DNA from: Pachysolen tannophilus NRRL Y-2460
Taxonomy: Eukaryota
Length of the DNA: 64,000 bases
Direction: 5' to 3'
NCBI GenBank assembly: GCA_001661245.1
Contig: KV454011.1
Location: 1,204,724-1,268,723 of the forward strand
Translations under genes and position numbers: made by a program
In this document: positions 11,627 through 23,151 of the stretch, in pieces
Layout of the letters: every line of letters begins with the position of its first letter
How positions within the stretch are numbered: position 1 is the first letter of the stretch
The notes under the pieces: generated by a model
The model's database searches: none
What the model saw: the letters and a program-made list of their open reading frames with translations, nothing else
What the model was told of the DNA's origin: nothing

Positions 11627-12644
11627 ATGAGTTCAATTAAGGTGAAATCCACAGAATTATCAGTCTTGGTGAATTCATCCAAGGAGTTGATCAAGTGCTC
11701 TTATGATTATAAGCTAGTAACAAACACAAGTTATGATTATGAAGATGATATGATAGTATTACCGAATTACCCCTTTGTTGTATGAATTACCTTACTCAAA
11801 ACAAATGAGCAATACATTTAGATAAGAGATAATAAAATCTAACTAGTGATTATAGATCGTTCATTTCAATCTATTCATTAATGGTTTCCATATTAATAAT
11901 GAGTTAAATCCACATTTCACCAATATTTTATCTCAAAGTCTTAGTAATGGTAAGTTTTGGAAAGATATCAATTATACAGTTGATGAAGGTATTTCTGAGA
12001 ATAAAAATACGGTAAAGATATTACTCAAGTGTAATTTTCTTGAAAGATGGGGAGATATTATAGTCAACAGTAAAGATGGTTTAAATGGTTGTGCTTTTGA
12101 TGAAGACAATGTTGCTGTTAGTGCTTCTGGTGCTGCAAATAACAGTGGGATCAGCTTTCGCCAACTACAAGAACTAAATATAGAACTGAGATTGTTTTTA
12201 AACAACGATGATCCTTCAAGAATTCTAAATCACTTAAATTACTTGTTTTCCAGTGTATTTTTAAGCTTAGAATTGCAACTTCCATTTGTCTTTTCATTTT
12301 ATGGAAGGTTGTCCTTAGTTAAAAATTCAAAAGAGCGTTTAAATGAATTATCAATGATTCTTACAAAAGATCAAACAAAGTTATTCAAAGACTTGATATT
12401 GCAATTGAATCGCTCGATCTATAATTTGAATAATGAATTGAACAATAATTTAAAGAAAATATTGGAAAGAAATTTAACATCTTCAAAAGCAGATTATTAT
12501 TTAAAATTAAAGATGAAAAATACTAATCTCAATAACCATGCTTTAGATATGGAAGAATTAGCATCAAAGAAAAGATTAAGCTTCTACAATTTCAACGAAT
12601 TCTTTAGTCTTGATGTATTGAAGGAAATAGTTGATCAAGTATAA
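11627..12644 (+). CDS. REC102: Meiotic DSB protein Rec102; exons 11627-11779 and 11856-12644 (313 aa)
   Basis: Phase-0 intron 11780-11855 (GTATGA..ATCTAAC..TAG) restores one reading frame. Blocks FWKDINYTV, KILLKCNFL and HLNYLFSSVFLSLELQLPFVFSFYGRLSL align with recalled Rec102 blocks FWEEQLFYQV, ILSLKCTIL and HFNEYFSSLIVSQLEFEYPMVFSMISRLRL. Confidence 0.82.
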
Positions 12645-12784
12645 ATTGTATACTTTTTATAAATTTAAATAAATTAAATTAAATTAAATTAAATTAATTA
12701 TAATGAAATTTTTAATAATTATCATTTTTGTAATTTACAAATTTCGAAATTTCAAATTAATATCTTTAATTAATTGAAATAGCC

Positions 12785-13942
12785 ATGATCAATTGGAAAT
12801 CATTGATTGCTTCTTCAACAGCATCTCTCTTTGGATTTTATTTGATTTATAAAACTTATCACATCACTATAAATGCAAAAAAAAGAGATAAAATTAAACA
12901 TGGAATTGAAGAGTTAATAGGAAATACTCCAATGGTGGAGATAAAGTCTTTAAGTAAATTAACCGGTTGCAAGATTTATGCCAAATTAGAAATGAATAAT
13001 CCTGGAGGATCTGCTAAAGATCGAGTTGCTTTGGCGGTAATACGAAAGTATGAAGAACTTGGAATAATTCATCCACATAAAGGTGATGTTATTTTTGAAG
13101 GTACTTCTGGTTCAACAGGTATATCATTTGCCATGTTATGTAATGCTCTTGGATATACTGCTCACATATGCTTGCCAAATGATACTTCAACTGAGAAACT
13201 TCAACTCTTGACTTCATTGGGAGCTGAATTGGAACCTGTTAAACCAGCTTCAATTGTTGATCCAAGTCAATACGTGAATGCAGCTAAGAAATCAGCTGAA
13301 TTTTTTACAAATGATACTTCAAATGATGGAGTAGGAGTATTTGCTGACCAATTTGAAAATGACTGCAATTGGAGAATCCATTATACAACTACTGGTCCAG
13401 AAATTTATGATCAAATTGATCATAATTTAGATTTCTTTATTACAGGAAGTGGTACTGGTGGAACAATTGCTGGTTGTTCCAGATATTTAAAAGAAAAAAT
13501 ACCTTCTTTAAAAGTGATATTAGCAGATCCACAAGGCTCAGGTCTTTATAATAGAGTCAAATATGGTGTAATGTATGATAAAGTGGAAAAGGAAGGAACT
13601 AGACGAAGACATCAAGTTGATACTATTGTAGAAGGTATTGGTTTGAATAGGTTAACCTATAATTTTACTAAAGCAGAACCATACATAGATGATGCAATTA
13701 GAGTCACCGACGAACAAGCAATCAAGATGGCAAAGTTTCTAAGTATCAATGATGGGTTTTTTTGGGGATCTTCTAGTTGTATTAATGCTGTTGCTGCTGT
13801 CAAATGGTGTCAAAAGATTAATAAACCAGGTTCTAAAATTGTTCTAATTGCCTGCGATTCAGGTTCAAGGCACTTGTCAAAATTCTGGAAAGAAGCTGTT
13901 GAAATCAACAAGAATATCACCCTTGATGAAGTATTAAAATGA
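12785..13942 (+). CDS. MCY1: PLP-dependent cysteine synthase-like protein with N-terminal membrane anchor
   Basis: IGNTP, KLEMNNPGGSAKDR, EGTSGSTGIS, GSGTGGT, RRRHQVDTIVEGIG. Confidence 0.9.
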   Translation: MINWKSLIASSTASLFGFYLIYKTYHITINAKKRDKIKHGIEELIGNTPMVEIKSLSKLTGCKIYAKLEMNNPGGSAKDRVALAVIRKYEELGIIHPHKGDVIFEGTSGSTGISFAMLCNALGYTAHICLPNDTSTEKLQLLTSLGAELEPVKPASIVDPSQYVNAAKKSAEFFTNDTSNDGVGVFADQFENDCNWRIHYTTTGPEIYDQIDHNLDFFITGSGTGGTIAGCSRYLKEKIPSLKVILADPQGSGLYNRVKYGVMYDKVEKEGTRRRHQVDTIVEGIGLNRLTYNFTKAEPYIDDAIRVTDEQAIKMAKFLSINDGFFWGSSSCINAVAAVKWCQKINKPGSKIVLIACDSGSRHLSKFWKEAVEINKNITLDEVLK

Positions 13943-14139
13943 ATAGTTCTCTGTTCTCTGTTCTCTGTAGATATTAAAGATAAGTTTCTTCAATAATAAT
14001 AAATATATTTTACTTGTATAATTTAAAAAAATTTTCAAAAAAACCCAAGTTAATACTAAAAACTTTTATATTTAATTTTTAAATAAATTATTACAAGTTG
14101 ATAATCACAAAATTGATTGATATCAAGAGTAGAGGCCAA

Positions 14140-16026
14140 ATGTCAGAAGCTATATCTGCGTATCAGCTTCCGGTTTCTACTTCACAAATACCGTTGGAGT
14201 TGCCAATACGAAATGCTGAAAGTGAAAAAAGTTTTAGTATAATTAATAACGAACCAATTTTTGATAAGAATTTTGTGGATCTTAAAGAAGTTGTCTTACA
14301 GAAAGAAGATGTAGAGAGTTATGAGATTAATTTAATCAAGAAGATACAAAAGGGAATAGATGGTTCTGTTTTGAAGTTTTCAAATGGCAATGTAAATGGT
14401 TCTGATCACAAGGATACTGGTGTTGATGTTAATGTTGATATTGATGTTGATGAACAAAAAAATCATAATAATGATGGCGATAAAATGGATGTTGATCAAG
14501 AATGTCACCATTTTGTGGATATTGTCACATTTCATTCCAAGTTAGATGTATTAGGTCAATTGTTAACATGTGTTTTAACCAAGTTGCCTAATTTCGGTGG
14601 TTCTATGTTTAATATTGAAAGTTATTTAAATATAATAATGGATTTCTTTAAAATTGATAAATATTCTTGGTCTACAGTTAGTGAATTTGATTTAGGAGAA
14701 TCTGAAAGTAATCCAATATTCTTAAGATTTGAAAAAGTGATTGATTTGTTAAAAATATATCAATTCTTTCAACATGATGATGATCATGATTTAAAAGATA
14801 AATTACATTTAGAAAGTAATTCTCTTGAAATGTTAAATGATTATAAGAAAGAACATCAATTGGAAATTCAAGATAGTGAGGTTTATTCATCATTAAAACA
14901 AAAATTAGAAAATTTTGCTATATCGATTCCAAAAGTATCTGCATCTATAACCACAGAGTTTGGTTTATCAATAGATGGTAAAGATTCTGTAGCAAGTGAT
15001 TTGTTGAATTATAAAATTGATCAAAAAGAATTAGTTGATGTTCCAAAACCATTAGTTGAAGAAGTTAAAAAAAACATTATTGATTTTAGATTAAAAGTGT
15101 TTAAAGATGAAAAACTGAAAAGAGAAAAAGAATTGGTGCTGGACAAGAAGAAATCAAGATTAAAATTGAAGAAATTATTTCTGGATATTTCCAAAGCAAA
15201 TAATACTAAGAATGATTCCAAAAGTTTTGACGATTATGAAGATGACGATGATGAGTTAATGGCCGAGGGATATGATGAAGATGACGAGTTGAACGATGAA
15301 GAATATGAGAAATTGAGGAAAGCCAAGGAAGAAGATTTAATAGAGCAGAAATTTTTAAATCGTGAAAAATTGTTAAAGCAAAAAGAAAACAAGAGATTGG
15401 CTTATATTGAAAAAACTACAAGAGAGATTATTAATTATGATCAATTAATTTCAACTCAGCGTGAAAAATTCCTTAAAGAATTTGTTAATGGGTTAACTCA
15501 ATCAAATAAAATCGATAATAATTTGACAAAATTTTATTTAAATCATCAAAATTATTTGAAATTTAGAAGTGATGTTAAAAGTAATGAAGAAAGACTTGAT
15601 GATATTGATAGAAAGGAAGAAGAACAAGAAATGTTTGCAAAAGCTCAAGCCAATGAGTTCCTTTCATCATTTAATCCTGGTAATGAAAATGGTGAAGAGA
15701 AGAAACTGCAACCAGTTAAATTGGTTATTAACAAAAACAAAGAACAAAAAGAAGAAGTTCAGCAGGAAAAGCAAGAAAAGCTGGAAAAATCACTATTAAA
15801 GAACAATACAAAACTAATAAGCGAATTGGAAGCCAAAATTGAATCATTAACCATGGAATATTTAGGAGTGAAAGAACCACAATTGATTCAATTTATATTA
15901 AATTTTGTTGTCGAGAATTATCCAGGTAGTAAAGAAGGTTTAGTCAAAGAATTATATGAAACTTTAGATGAAGATTCAGAAATTGTTGCTGATCAGTTAT
16001 GGAATTTTTTAAAAGAGAACATATAA
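14140..16026 (+). CDS. SNU71: U1 snRNP protein Snu71 (C-terminal PWI domain)
   Basis: First ATG at 14140. Charged coiled coil and PWI-like C-terminus (EYLGVKEPQLIQFI..ELYETLDEDSE..LW). Follows MCY1, as in S. cerevisiae. Confidence 0.85.
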   Translation: MSEAISAYQLPVSTSQIPLELPIRNAESEKSFSIINNEPIFDKNFVDLKEVVLQKEDVESYEINLIKKIQKGIDGSVLKFSNGNVNGSDHKDTGVDVNVDIDVDEQKNHNNDGDKMDVDQECHHFVDIVTFHSKLDVLGQLLTCVLTKLPNFGGSMFNIESYLNIIMDFFKIDKYSWSTVSEFDLGESESNPIFLRFEKVIDLLKIYQFFQHDDDHDLKDKLHLESNSLEMLNDYKKEHQLEIQDSEVYSSLKQKLENFAISIPKVSASITTEFGLSIDGKDSVASDLLNYKIDQKELVDVPKPLVEEVKKNIIDFRLKVFKDEKLKREKELVLDKKKSRLKLKKLFLDISKANNTKNDSKSFDDYEDDDDELMAEGYDEDDELNDEEYEKLRKAKEEDLIEQKFLNREKLLKQKENKRLAYIEKTTREIINYDQLISTQREKFLKEFVNGLTQSNKIDNNLTKFYLNHQNYLKFRSDVKSNEERLDDIDRKEEEQEMFAKAQANEFLSSFNPGNENGEEKKLQPVKLVINKNKEQKEEVQQEKQEKLEKSLLKNNTKLISELEAKIESLTMEYLGVKEPQLIQFILNFVVENYPGSKEGLVKELYETLDEDSEIVADQLWNFLKENI

Positions 16027-16154
16027 GACGACCCCCCTTAGATAAATTATTTGTACTAATACATAATTATATTAACTTAAATACAAGTTTCGTGAAAATC
16101 TATATCTATATATAAGAAAGATAGAAAGAGAGGGGCGAACATGGTGAACACAAG

Positions 16155-18467
16155 TTATAATTCTTTCCTCCTGTTATCACTAATTATCTTTTCTTTAATT
16201 TTTCCGCTAATGATAGCTGCATTATTATCCTTATTAAAATCACTGTAATCATCAAAATCACTCCCACTAGTATAGCACAATTCACTATCACTTGTCCTGC
16301 TACCAATATCATTTGAAAAAATAGAAACTTCTGAATATTTAAACTTGGGGTGAGATCCTGAAATAGTAGTAATATTGCTGGAAGAAGAAGAAGAAGAAAC
16401 AGCTCTTTCATCTAAAGTCTCAACAGGAGGATAATTTTGTGACTTCGATTTTGATTTCCTTGCTTGTCTTCTTAATTTCAGTTTTTGAGTCTTTGCCTCT
16501 TCTTCTTCCTCTTCTTCTTCATCAGAGCTTAAACCATTACTCGGACTGTTTGCTTGTAAATCATTATTCAAACGTTCATCAATTTGTCTTTTCTTTCTTT
16601 TCTTTTTATCATTTATCTTGCGCTGATATTCAAGAAGGTTAAAATCAGGGTAAAGCTGAGGTCCAAGATCATTTACAATTTCTGTTATTTCCAAGCTTAA
16701 CTCTTTTCTCATCTGTTTCAATTCTAAAATTTTTGACTCGTTTAATAAGATCAACCATAAAGGCCGTAATGATTTAAAATAATCCATTCCTCTATCTCCG
16801 ATAATTAAAGCAGAATATGTTATTACAACGTTGAAAATAAAAATTGACCAAAATACAATAGAAACTTCTAACAATGACCTGTTGATTATATTATGATAGA
16901 ATAATAAAGAAGTTCCGACTATTGAATAGAAAAAATATAATAATGGTGCAAAACCCATACTGACTAATATTTTCCAAGTGGCAACAACGTCAATAGCTTT
17001 TATCTTTACAGTTGATGCAGCTAATGCTTCTTTTGATTTTTTATTGCTAATTCTTTTCGTTGCAATGAAAACAGGTGAAAATAATAAAAATCCTGGAATA
17101 CAAAATAATAATAATATTAATACTCTAGTAAAATTCAAAATCAACAATAAAAAAGTGAAGATTTTCAATCTAGGTTTACAATTTTCAACTTCATGATCTG
17201 GGATATTATAAATTTTTAATAAATCGTTATATTTTAAGATTTTATTTTTCAACACATTCAATCTAGGATCTTTGGAAATAAAATGAGTATATCCTTTAAC
17301 CAATCTTCTATTCATTTCAATAATTAATTCTAAAGATAATCTTGATGAAAAATTATTTGCATATAATCTTCTAGCAGCTTGAACACATACTAAAGTTTCA
17401 AAATCGGGACAAGTGACAGTTACTGATTTCAATCCATTTTTCACAATTTCTAACAATTCTTTTACTGCCTCTTTTGAAGTTGTTGGATTTCTGTACATTT
17501 CTACCAATTCTTCAGGAATATCAATTGGAGATCCGAATTCAACAATAGCTCTAGATCTAAACTTATTAGGATGGAAATAGTTCATTCCACATGGAACAAT
17601 TTTAACTTTGCAATTTGAATCATTAGCCATAGCTCCAAGAGCCATTATAGCCACCCCAGCTTTTAAAGGTAAAAGATCGGGTCTATCATGAGATCCTCCT
17701 TCTGGGAAAATTCCTAAACAATTCCCCTTTGAAAGATGTTGAAAAACTTTTGCATAAACTTGAGATTGATCAATCTTAGCTGCAGTTTTAAAAGTTGTAC
17801 CATTAACCAAAATTTCTTTAGCAGTTTCCAGATTTTTGGAATTTGCATATTTAAAATCTTTTCTTAAAATTAATTCAGTATCAGAAATTATTTTTTCTAT
17901 TTCTGCAGAACCTAAACTATTGGGTAAAGAAATTAAACCTTTTAAAACACATTCTTTTGAAAAAACTGTATTTTTACCAAAGATTCTATAATTTCCCTCT
18001 TGAAATTCATCTAAATCAATGAAAATTTTACCAGACAGAGTGGTTAAATTATCCTGAGCTCTACTAACTGGTATAGCCATTGCACATTTTGCTATTCTAC
18101 CAATCCATTTTCTTTTAAAAGATTTTAAAGCAATTAAAAATGAAACTCTACGATGCAACTCGTTCTGAACCTGACCCATCAATACAATCGGATCAACAAA
18201 CTGATTCGCATGAGGAGCACCAACAAATATTATCGGCTGTTTGGGATTACGAGGTAATCTGAAAGCACCTCTAGGTCTAATTTCTCTGAAAAAACAACTA
18301 AATACAACTCCTAACAACCATAACACAAAATCATAAATAAGTTTCTCTAATTCTGAAGCTTCTTTGTATCCCGAATCTTTTACCAAAGATTTTTTGCTGA
18401 TTAAAGATGAAGATTCATCTGAACTTAACAAGGGTCTTGTAGAACCTGAATCTTGTAAACGAGACAT
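16155..18467 (-). CDS. SCT1: Glycerol-3-phosphate/DHAP sn-1 acyltransferase (Sct1/Gpt2)
   Basis: APHANQFVDP, FPEGGSHDR, IVPCGMNYFHPNKFRSR. ATG at 18467. Divergent from a LAA2-like gene. Confidence 0.92.
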   Translation of the reverse strand: MSRLQDSGSTRPLLSSDESSSLISKKSLVKDSGYKEASELEKLIYDFVLWLLGVVFSCFFREIRPRGAFRLPRNPKQPIIFVGAPHANQFVDPIVLMGQVQNELHRRVSFLIALKSFKRKWIGRIAKCAMAIPVSRAQDNLTTLSGKIFIDLDEFQEGNYRIFGKNTVFSKECVLKGLISLPNSLGSAEIEKIISDTELILRKDFKYANSKNLETAKEILVNGTTFKTAAKIDQSQVYAKVFQHLSKGNCLGIFPEGGSHDRPDLLPLKAGVAIMALGAMANDSNCKVKIVPCGMNYFHPNKFRSRAIVEFGSPIDIPEELVEMYRNPTTSKEAVKELLEIVKNGLKSVTVTCPDFETLVCVQAARRLYANNFSSRLSLELIIEMNRRLVKGYTHFISKDPRLNVLKNKILKYNDLLKIYNIPDHEVENCKPRLKIFTFLLLILNFTRVLILLLFCIPGFLLFSPVFIATKRISNKKSKEALAASTVKIKAIDVVATWKILVSMGFAPLLYFFYSIVGTSLLFYHNIINRSLLEVSIVFWSIFIFNVVITYSALIIGDRGMDYFKSLRPLWLILLNESKILELKQMRKELSLEITEIVNDLGPQLYPDFNLLEYQRKINDKKKRKKRQIDERLNNDLQANSPSNGLSSDEEEEEEEEAKTQKLKLRRQARKSKSKSQNYPPVETLDERAVSSSSSSSNITTISGSHPKFKYSEVSIFSNDIGSRTSDSELCYTSGSDFDDYSDFNKDNNAAIISGKIKEKIISDNRRKEL

Positions 18468-19039
18468 ACAACCTTCAACTGGTTCGTTAAGAAAAAGAAA
18501 AAGAAAAGAAAAGAAAAAACAAACAAACAAACAAACAAACAAACAAAAAAACAAAAACTGATTAACTCAAAAAGCTAATAATCTACCTCAAGGCTCACCT
18601 ACTCCTCTATCTACTCTAAAGCAATTAAATATAAATTAAAATCAATATCAATATCAATTATTAATACTAATTAAAATAACCCTTTTGTTATCTATCTATT
18701 TAACAAACGACAAACAACAAATAAAAACAAACAACAACAAAAAAAAATTTTGATTTCCTAAAATGGATTTTGGTATCTGTACGCACTACTGGGTTTTCAT
18801 TTCTCTTTATTGACCAAGAGTTGGTTTCTATAAACGCTTTTACACCTTCTTTGTAGCATGTAATTGAAGTAAAGCTCAATTGTAAAACTGAATTTTTCAG
18901 TTTTACATACAATATGCATAAAGTTGAAAAAAAAAAATAAAATAAAATTGATTAAATATATTTATTTCTTTAAACGTATTAAAAATACCATAAATTAATC
19001 AAAGATCTTTAGGAATTGTTTTGTTGTGTTTTGAGTGAA

Positions 19040-19897
19040 ATGGATGATTCAAAAGGAGATCACGAGATTGATGAAGTTGATGAAGTTGATGAAATTGATG
19101 AAATTGATGAGGTTGATGAGGTTGATGATGATTTTGGATCATTCGATGAGGCTTTAGTTGATGGTGTGGGAGAAGAAATAAATAAAATTCCAAATGGTGA
19201 TAATAATAAGGTACCGACAGATATTTTCAATGATTCAAAGAATGATGAATTGAATAAATTATTGGATAATGTTGTCAATTCGATATTTCCTTTAGATATA
19301 AATGGAAATAATAATGATATAAATAGTAATAATGGGGAACAAGAGTCACTGATATTGAACCCTAGAGCACAAGAAGTTTTCAAAAGAATAACTTCAATTG
19401 ATTCTTCTTCTTTCCACCACGATAAGATAATAATAAATAAATCTTCATGGAAAAAATCAAAGATTAAAAGAGAATTATATTTAAGATTGGGGATCCCATT
19501 AGATTTAGATGAATTAAACATGAACAATAAACATAACAGTTTTGCTGAAAACAATTTTTCACATCTTAAATTCACCAAGGAAGATTTGAAATTACCAGAT
19601 TTTAAAGATTTACAAATACCCAAAGAGATAATCCCAAACCTTTTAAATGATTTCTATTCAAACAAATTCGATAAGATAATCAGCATTAACCTACAAAAAA
19701 TTCAATATTATAAAACAATTGAAGATCCAACGAAATTAGCTACAATCAACGCAACGTTGGATGAAAACTTGAAAGAATTGAAAAAAAATTACGTCCTTGA
19801 AAAAGAGCACAACAAAAACCTCCAACAAGAAAACCAACTCTTCCAAGACTACCTAGAAAACTTGGTAGGTAACGAATTGAAATTGAAAATCTTATGA
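19040..19897 (+). CDS. LAA2: Laa2-like AP-1 clathrin adaptor accessory protein
   Basis: Acidic DEV/DEI repeat followed by DDDFGSF (FGxF gamma-ear motif), WKKSKIKRELYLRLGIP, coiled-coil end. Adjacent to SCT1. Confidence 0.7.
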   Translation: MDDSKGDHEIDEVDEVDEIDEIDEVDEVDDDFGSFDEALVDGVGEEINKIPNGDNNKVPTDIFNDSKNDELNKLLDNVVNSIFPLDINGNNNDINSNNGEQESLILNPRAQEVFKRITSIDSSSFHHDKIIINKSSWKKSKIKRELYLRLGIPLDLDELNMNNKHNSFAENNFSHLKFTKEDLKLPDFKDLQIPKEIIPNLLNDFYSNKFDKIISINLQKIQYYKTIEDPTKLATINATLDENLKELKKNYVLEKEHNKNLQQENQLFQDYLENLVGNELKLKIL

Positions 19898-19958
19898 AAG
19901 CTACATTCTATTCATGATATCGTTCTATTTATTGTCATGAAGACATGTTATTATTTCT

Positions 19959-22661
19959 CTAATATTGTAAAAAACTATACCAGTCACCTATATTAAACGT
20001 ATTTGGAACAAGTTGAGCTTGCTGTTGTTGTTGTTGTTGCAGCTGCTGTTGTGACTGCTGTTGCGATTGCAGTTCTTGTTGAGGAGATAGAGTATCAATC
20101 AGCGGACAATGGTTTGCCTCGGTATGGTCAAACATAGTGGCATCGATATTATTGTTATTATGTATATTTGTTGAATCAGTAGAAGCTATAGCACTATTTG
20201 CTGAAGAATTTCCAACAGTAGTGGAAGTAGTAGTGGTATTTGAAGTTGAAGTTGATACAAGATTTGAACCGAAGTCGGGACTCCATGAGAATATGCTGCT
20301 ATCCAAGTAGAAATCTTCCGATGGTAACATATTCGGTATTTGAAGTTGTTGTTGATGATGTTGTGGTAAATGGGATTGCGGCTGTACACCAAGAGTTGAA
20401 ACGTTGTTATTGGCTGGATTGCTTGTATATATATCAACATGCCTTGTAGAATTTGATGATCCCAAACTTGTTTCAGGAATATTATTGTTGTGAACCCATT
20501 GAGTTTTTTGTCTATGTGGTTCTGTGACAGCAACAAAATCTGGAAACAACATTGCAGGATTAAAATCCAGTCCAATAGAATCCGAGTTATTCTTCGCCAT
20601 GTTCACTTGGATTAAATTTGGAATTTCTTTAAGGTTTTTCTCATTATTGTTGTTATTACAAAAATTATTATTTTTACTTATTGATTCTTCTTTGCTAGAG
20701 AGAGAGGAACGATATATTGAATCCGTTCCATATGACATTTTTTCCTTTTCTGCTTTTTCCTTTTCTAATTTAGTTATATTTTTCTTTGAAGTTACAACAC
20801 TTTGAATAACAACGCGTCTTTTATTCTTATCATTTTTCAAAGTTTCCAACATATTTAAACAAATGTATCCCAGACTCCAATGTTTACTCAATTCAATTAA
20901 ACCTTTTCTACAAATTTCTAATGAATTTTTCGCAACTTCACCAATCTTATCGTTATTATCAATGTGATAAATGAGCATTATCATTGATGAAAATAAAACA
21001 TAAACCATTAAACCTGGACAATATCTTAAATCATCATTATCCATTAAATGCTGAACTATCAAAGCAATCATATGAGCAGATTGAACTGTAATCCCCCAAG
21101 AAGGATAATAATCTGTAGCTTCTGTTGAATTACCATTTGATCTTCCAATTATATTCGTTCTATGAATCAAACATAGGGCAACATAATATTCACTCATGAG
21201 TAATCCTCCAAAATAATTTTGTGAATTTTCATCTTTCACAGAATAACGTAATTCTGATGGTAATTTATTTAACCAATCAACCATTAATAAATCATATTTT
21301 TTAACAAATGATAAATCATCAATATTATAAGAATATTCTGCTTGTACTGTATATTTAACTTTTAAAATGGATCCAATAATTTCAAATAATTTCACATGAT
21401 AGATGTAATAATTGCATTCAATTTGATTTAATGGATATGGTGATGGGTTATCAGGTGTATCTTCTACAAAATCATCAATAGTCAACTCTGGAACATCACA
21501 ATCTTCTAAATTTATCACTGTGGGCCTGCCAAAAGATAAAGCAACAGATCGATCTTTTGAAAATAAAACCCACCAAATTTTTTTCCAAATCCTGCGTTGA
21601 CTTAATGGTGCATCTTTATTGTATTTTTGAAATCCATAACCTTGACCTATAGTGACAGCTAACCTAGTCCAATAAAATACATTTTGAGTAACATCATCAT
21701 TATTTTCCCACCATAATCCTAAAAGTAATACAGATTGAATTAAAGTCAATGGATCTGTTTCATAATTTAAATCATAAAGAGCCTTTGACCTTTCATAGAA
21801 AACATTGGAACAAGTATCGTTTGAGTCTAATTCATCCCGTAATTTAGGATTAGAAGCAGCTCTAGAAGATGCTAAAAAAACACAGTTTAAAAGTAATAAT
21901 GAAGGAGGATCCTCAACATTATTATAATATTTGTTCATAAATTCAGTCTTGTTTAAAACTGGGAGTATAGCATGAACATGATCAAAATATGTATCAATCA
22001 ACTCAAGACAGATATCTTTGTCTGGCAATAAAAATGAACCTTTCAAACCTAATATCCTAATATCCAATTCTGAAAGTCTACGTAAAAGTGTTTCATCATC
22101 AAAGGACTTGGTAAAATGGGTGGAAGAAGTTACAATCGAAGGACCCAAAAATAATGTTGTTGCATCATGTCTAACACATAAATTATGGAAATTTGGTGAT
22201 TTTTCTAAATTCACTTTTGAAAGTGTCTTAAGTAATGCATCTTTCCTTTGTGAACTATCATTATTGTTACTGTTATTATTAACTTTTACCTTTAACTTAT
22301 CAGCTTCTCCTAAAGGCCGCTGAGAAGTTCCAGAACCTTCATTCCTTGATTTTGATTCCAGCAGTTGACTTCTCAACTTATCTTCTTCAATTTTCTTTTT
22401 AGTTCTTCTCGTTCTTTTCAAATCAGGAAGTTTACATTCACAACCAAATGAAATACAATTCGAACAGGGAGTTCTTAATAAAGCATCACATTTAACTTTC
22501 CTAGAATGACAAGTCTCACAAGCTCTTAGCGTCCTTGGTCTTTTATATTTCACTTTAAAAGCTGGTTTCTTTTTATTATAATCATCGCTCTTAGCAGCAT
22601 CTGCAATAGTAGTAGTGGTATTAATACTAGTAAACACATCCGGTTGTTTTGCATCCTCCAT
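19959..22661 (-). CDS. CTF1: Zn(II)2Cys6 transcription factor, Ctf1/FarA family (fatty-acid utilisation)
   Basis: RACETCHSRKVKCD..PCSNCISFGCEC; fungal TF domain RRIWKKIWW..DRSVALSFGRP..IN..DCDV..LT.DDF.ED. Confidence 0.8.
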   Translation of the reverse strand: MEDAKQPDVFTSINTTTTIADAAKSDDYNKKKPAFKVKYKRPRTLRACETCHSRKVKCDALLRTPCSNCISFGCECKLPDLKRTRRTKKKIEEDKLRSQLLESKSRNEGSGTSQRPLGEADKLKVKVNNNSNNNDSSQRKDALLKTLSKVNLEKSPNFHNLCVRHDATTLFLGPSIVTSSTHFTKSFDDETLLRRLSELDIRILGLKGSFLLPDKDICLELIDTYFDHVHAILPVLNKTEFMNKYYNNVEDPPSLLLLNCVFLASSRAASNPKLRDELDSNDTCSNVFYERSKALYDLNYETDPLTLIQSVLLLGLWWENNDDVTQNVFYWTRLAVTIGQGYGFQKYNKDAPLSQRRIWKKIWWVLFSKDRSVALSFGRPTVINLEDCDVPELTIDDFVEDTPDNPSPYPLNQIECNYYIYHVKLFEIIGSILKVKYTVQAEYSYNIDDLSFVKKYDLLMVDWLNKLPSELRYSVKDENSQNYFGGLLMSEYYVALCLIHRTNIIGRSNGNSTEATDYYPSWGITVQSAHMIALIVQHLMDNDDLRYCPGLMVYVLFSSMIMLIYHIDNNDKIGEVAKNSLEICRKGLIELSKHWSLGYICLNMLETLKNDKNKRRVVIQSVVTSKKNITKLEKEKAEKEKMSYGTDSIYRSSLSSKEESISKNNNFCNNNNNEKNLKEIPNLIQVNMAKNNSDSIGLDFNPAMLFPDFVAVTEPHRQKTQWVHNNNIPETSLGSSNSTRHVDIYTSNPANNNVSTLGVQPQSHLPQHHQQQLQIPNMLPSEDFYLDSSIFSWSPDFGSNLVSTSTSNTTTTSTTVGNSSANSAIASTDSTNIHNNNNIDATMFDHTEANHCPLIDTLSPQQELQSQQQSQQQLQQQQQQQAQLVPNTFNIGDWYSFLQY

Positions 22662-22853
22662 TTTAGCAGCTAGAGAAAGACCACTGACTAAATATTTTTG
22701 ACCAATTTATGTCGAATACACAAGTGTGATGGCCTCTTTCTTCCAACTACTCGTCTCTGTTCTTTTTAACCCAATTCTATTGTAATTATAAGTGAAGTTG
22801 ATGGTAACTTATTTATTTTAATATGCTTATAAAATGTGAAAAGACCTTTAAAT

Positions 22854-22859
22854 CCTCGG
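22854..22859. promoter_or_regulatory. CCTCGG FarA/Ctf1-type binding motif
   Basis: Exact hexamer about 190 bp upstream of the CTF1-like ATG. Confidence 0.35.
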
Positions 22860-23151
22860 TTAAAACAACGTCTGTTACAGAAGTTCGTTTTAGATGAAGA
22901 GCGACTTGATACAGTATAACACCGATAAGAAGTACATGATTGATTGATCGATATCGATCTAGGAGATATGGATCCAGGAGATATAACAGTTAATGGTGTG
23001 TATTATTTGTTTCTAGAGTAAAAGTAATAGCACAAAGTGATAGGTTAACAAAAAAGTCACAAAGAAAATGGAAAATGGAAATAAATAAAATGAAAATAAA
23101 ATAAAAAATAAAGAAAAGAAAAGAAAAAAAAAAAAAAAACACACAATATAA

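Noticed and set aside
22946..22959. 14-bp palindrome GATCGATATCGATC
   Set aside because: Embedded in a GATY microsatellite; single copy with no functional context.
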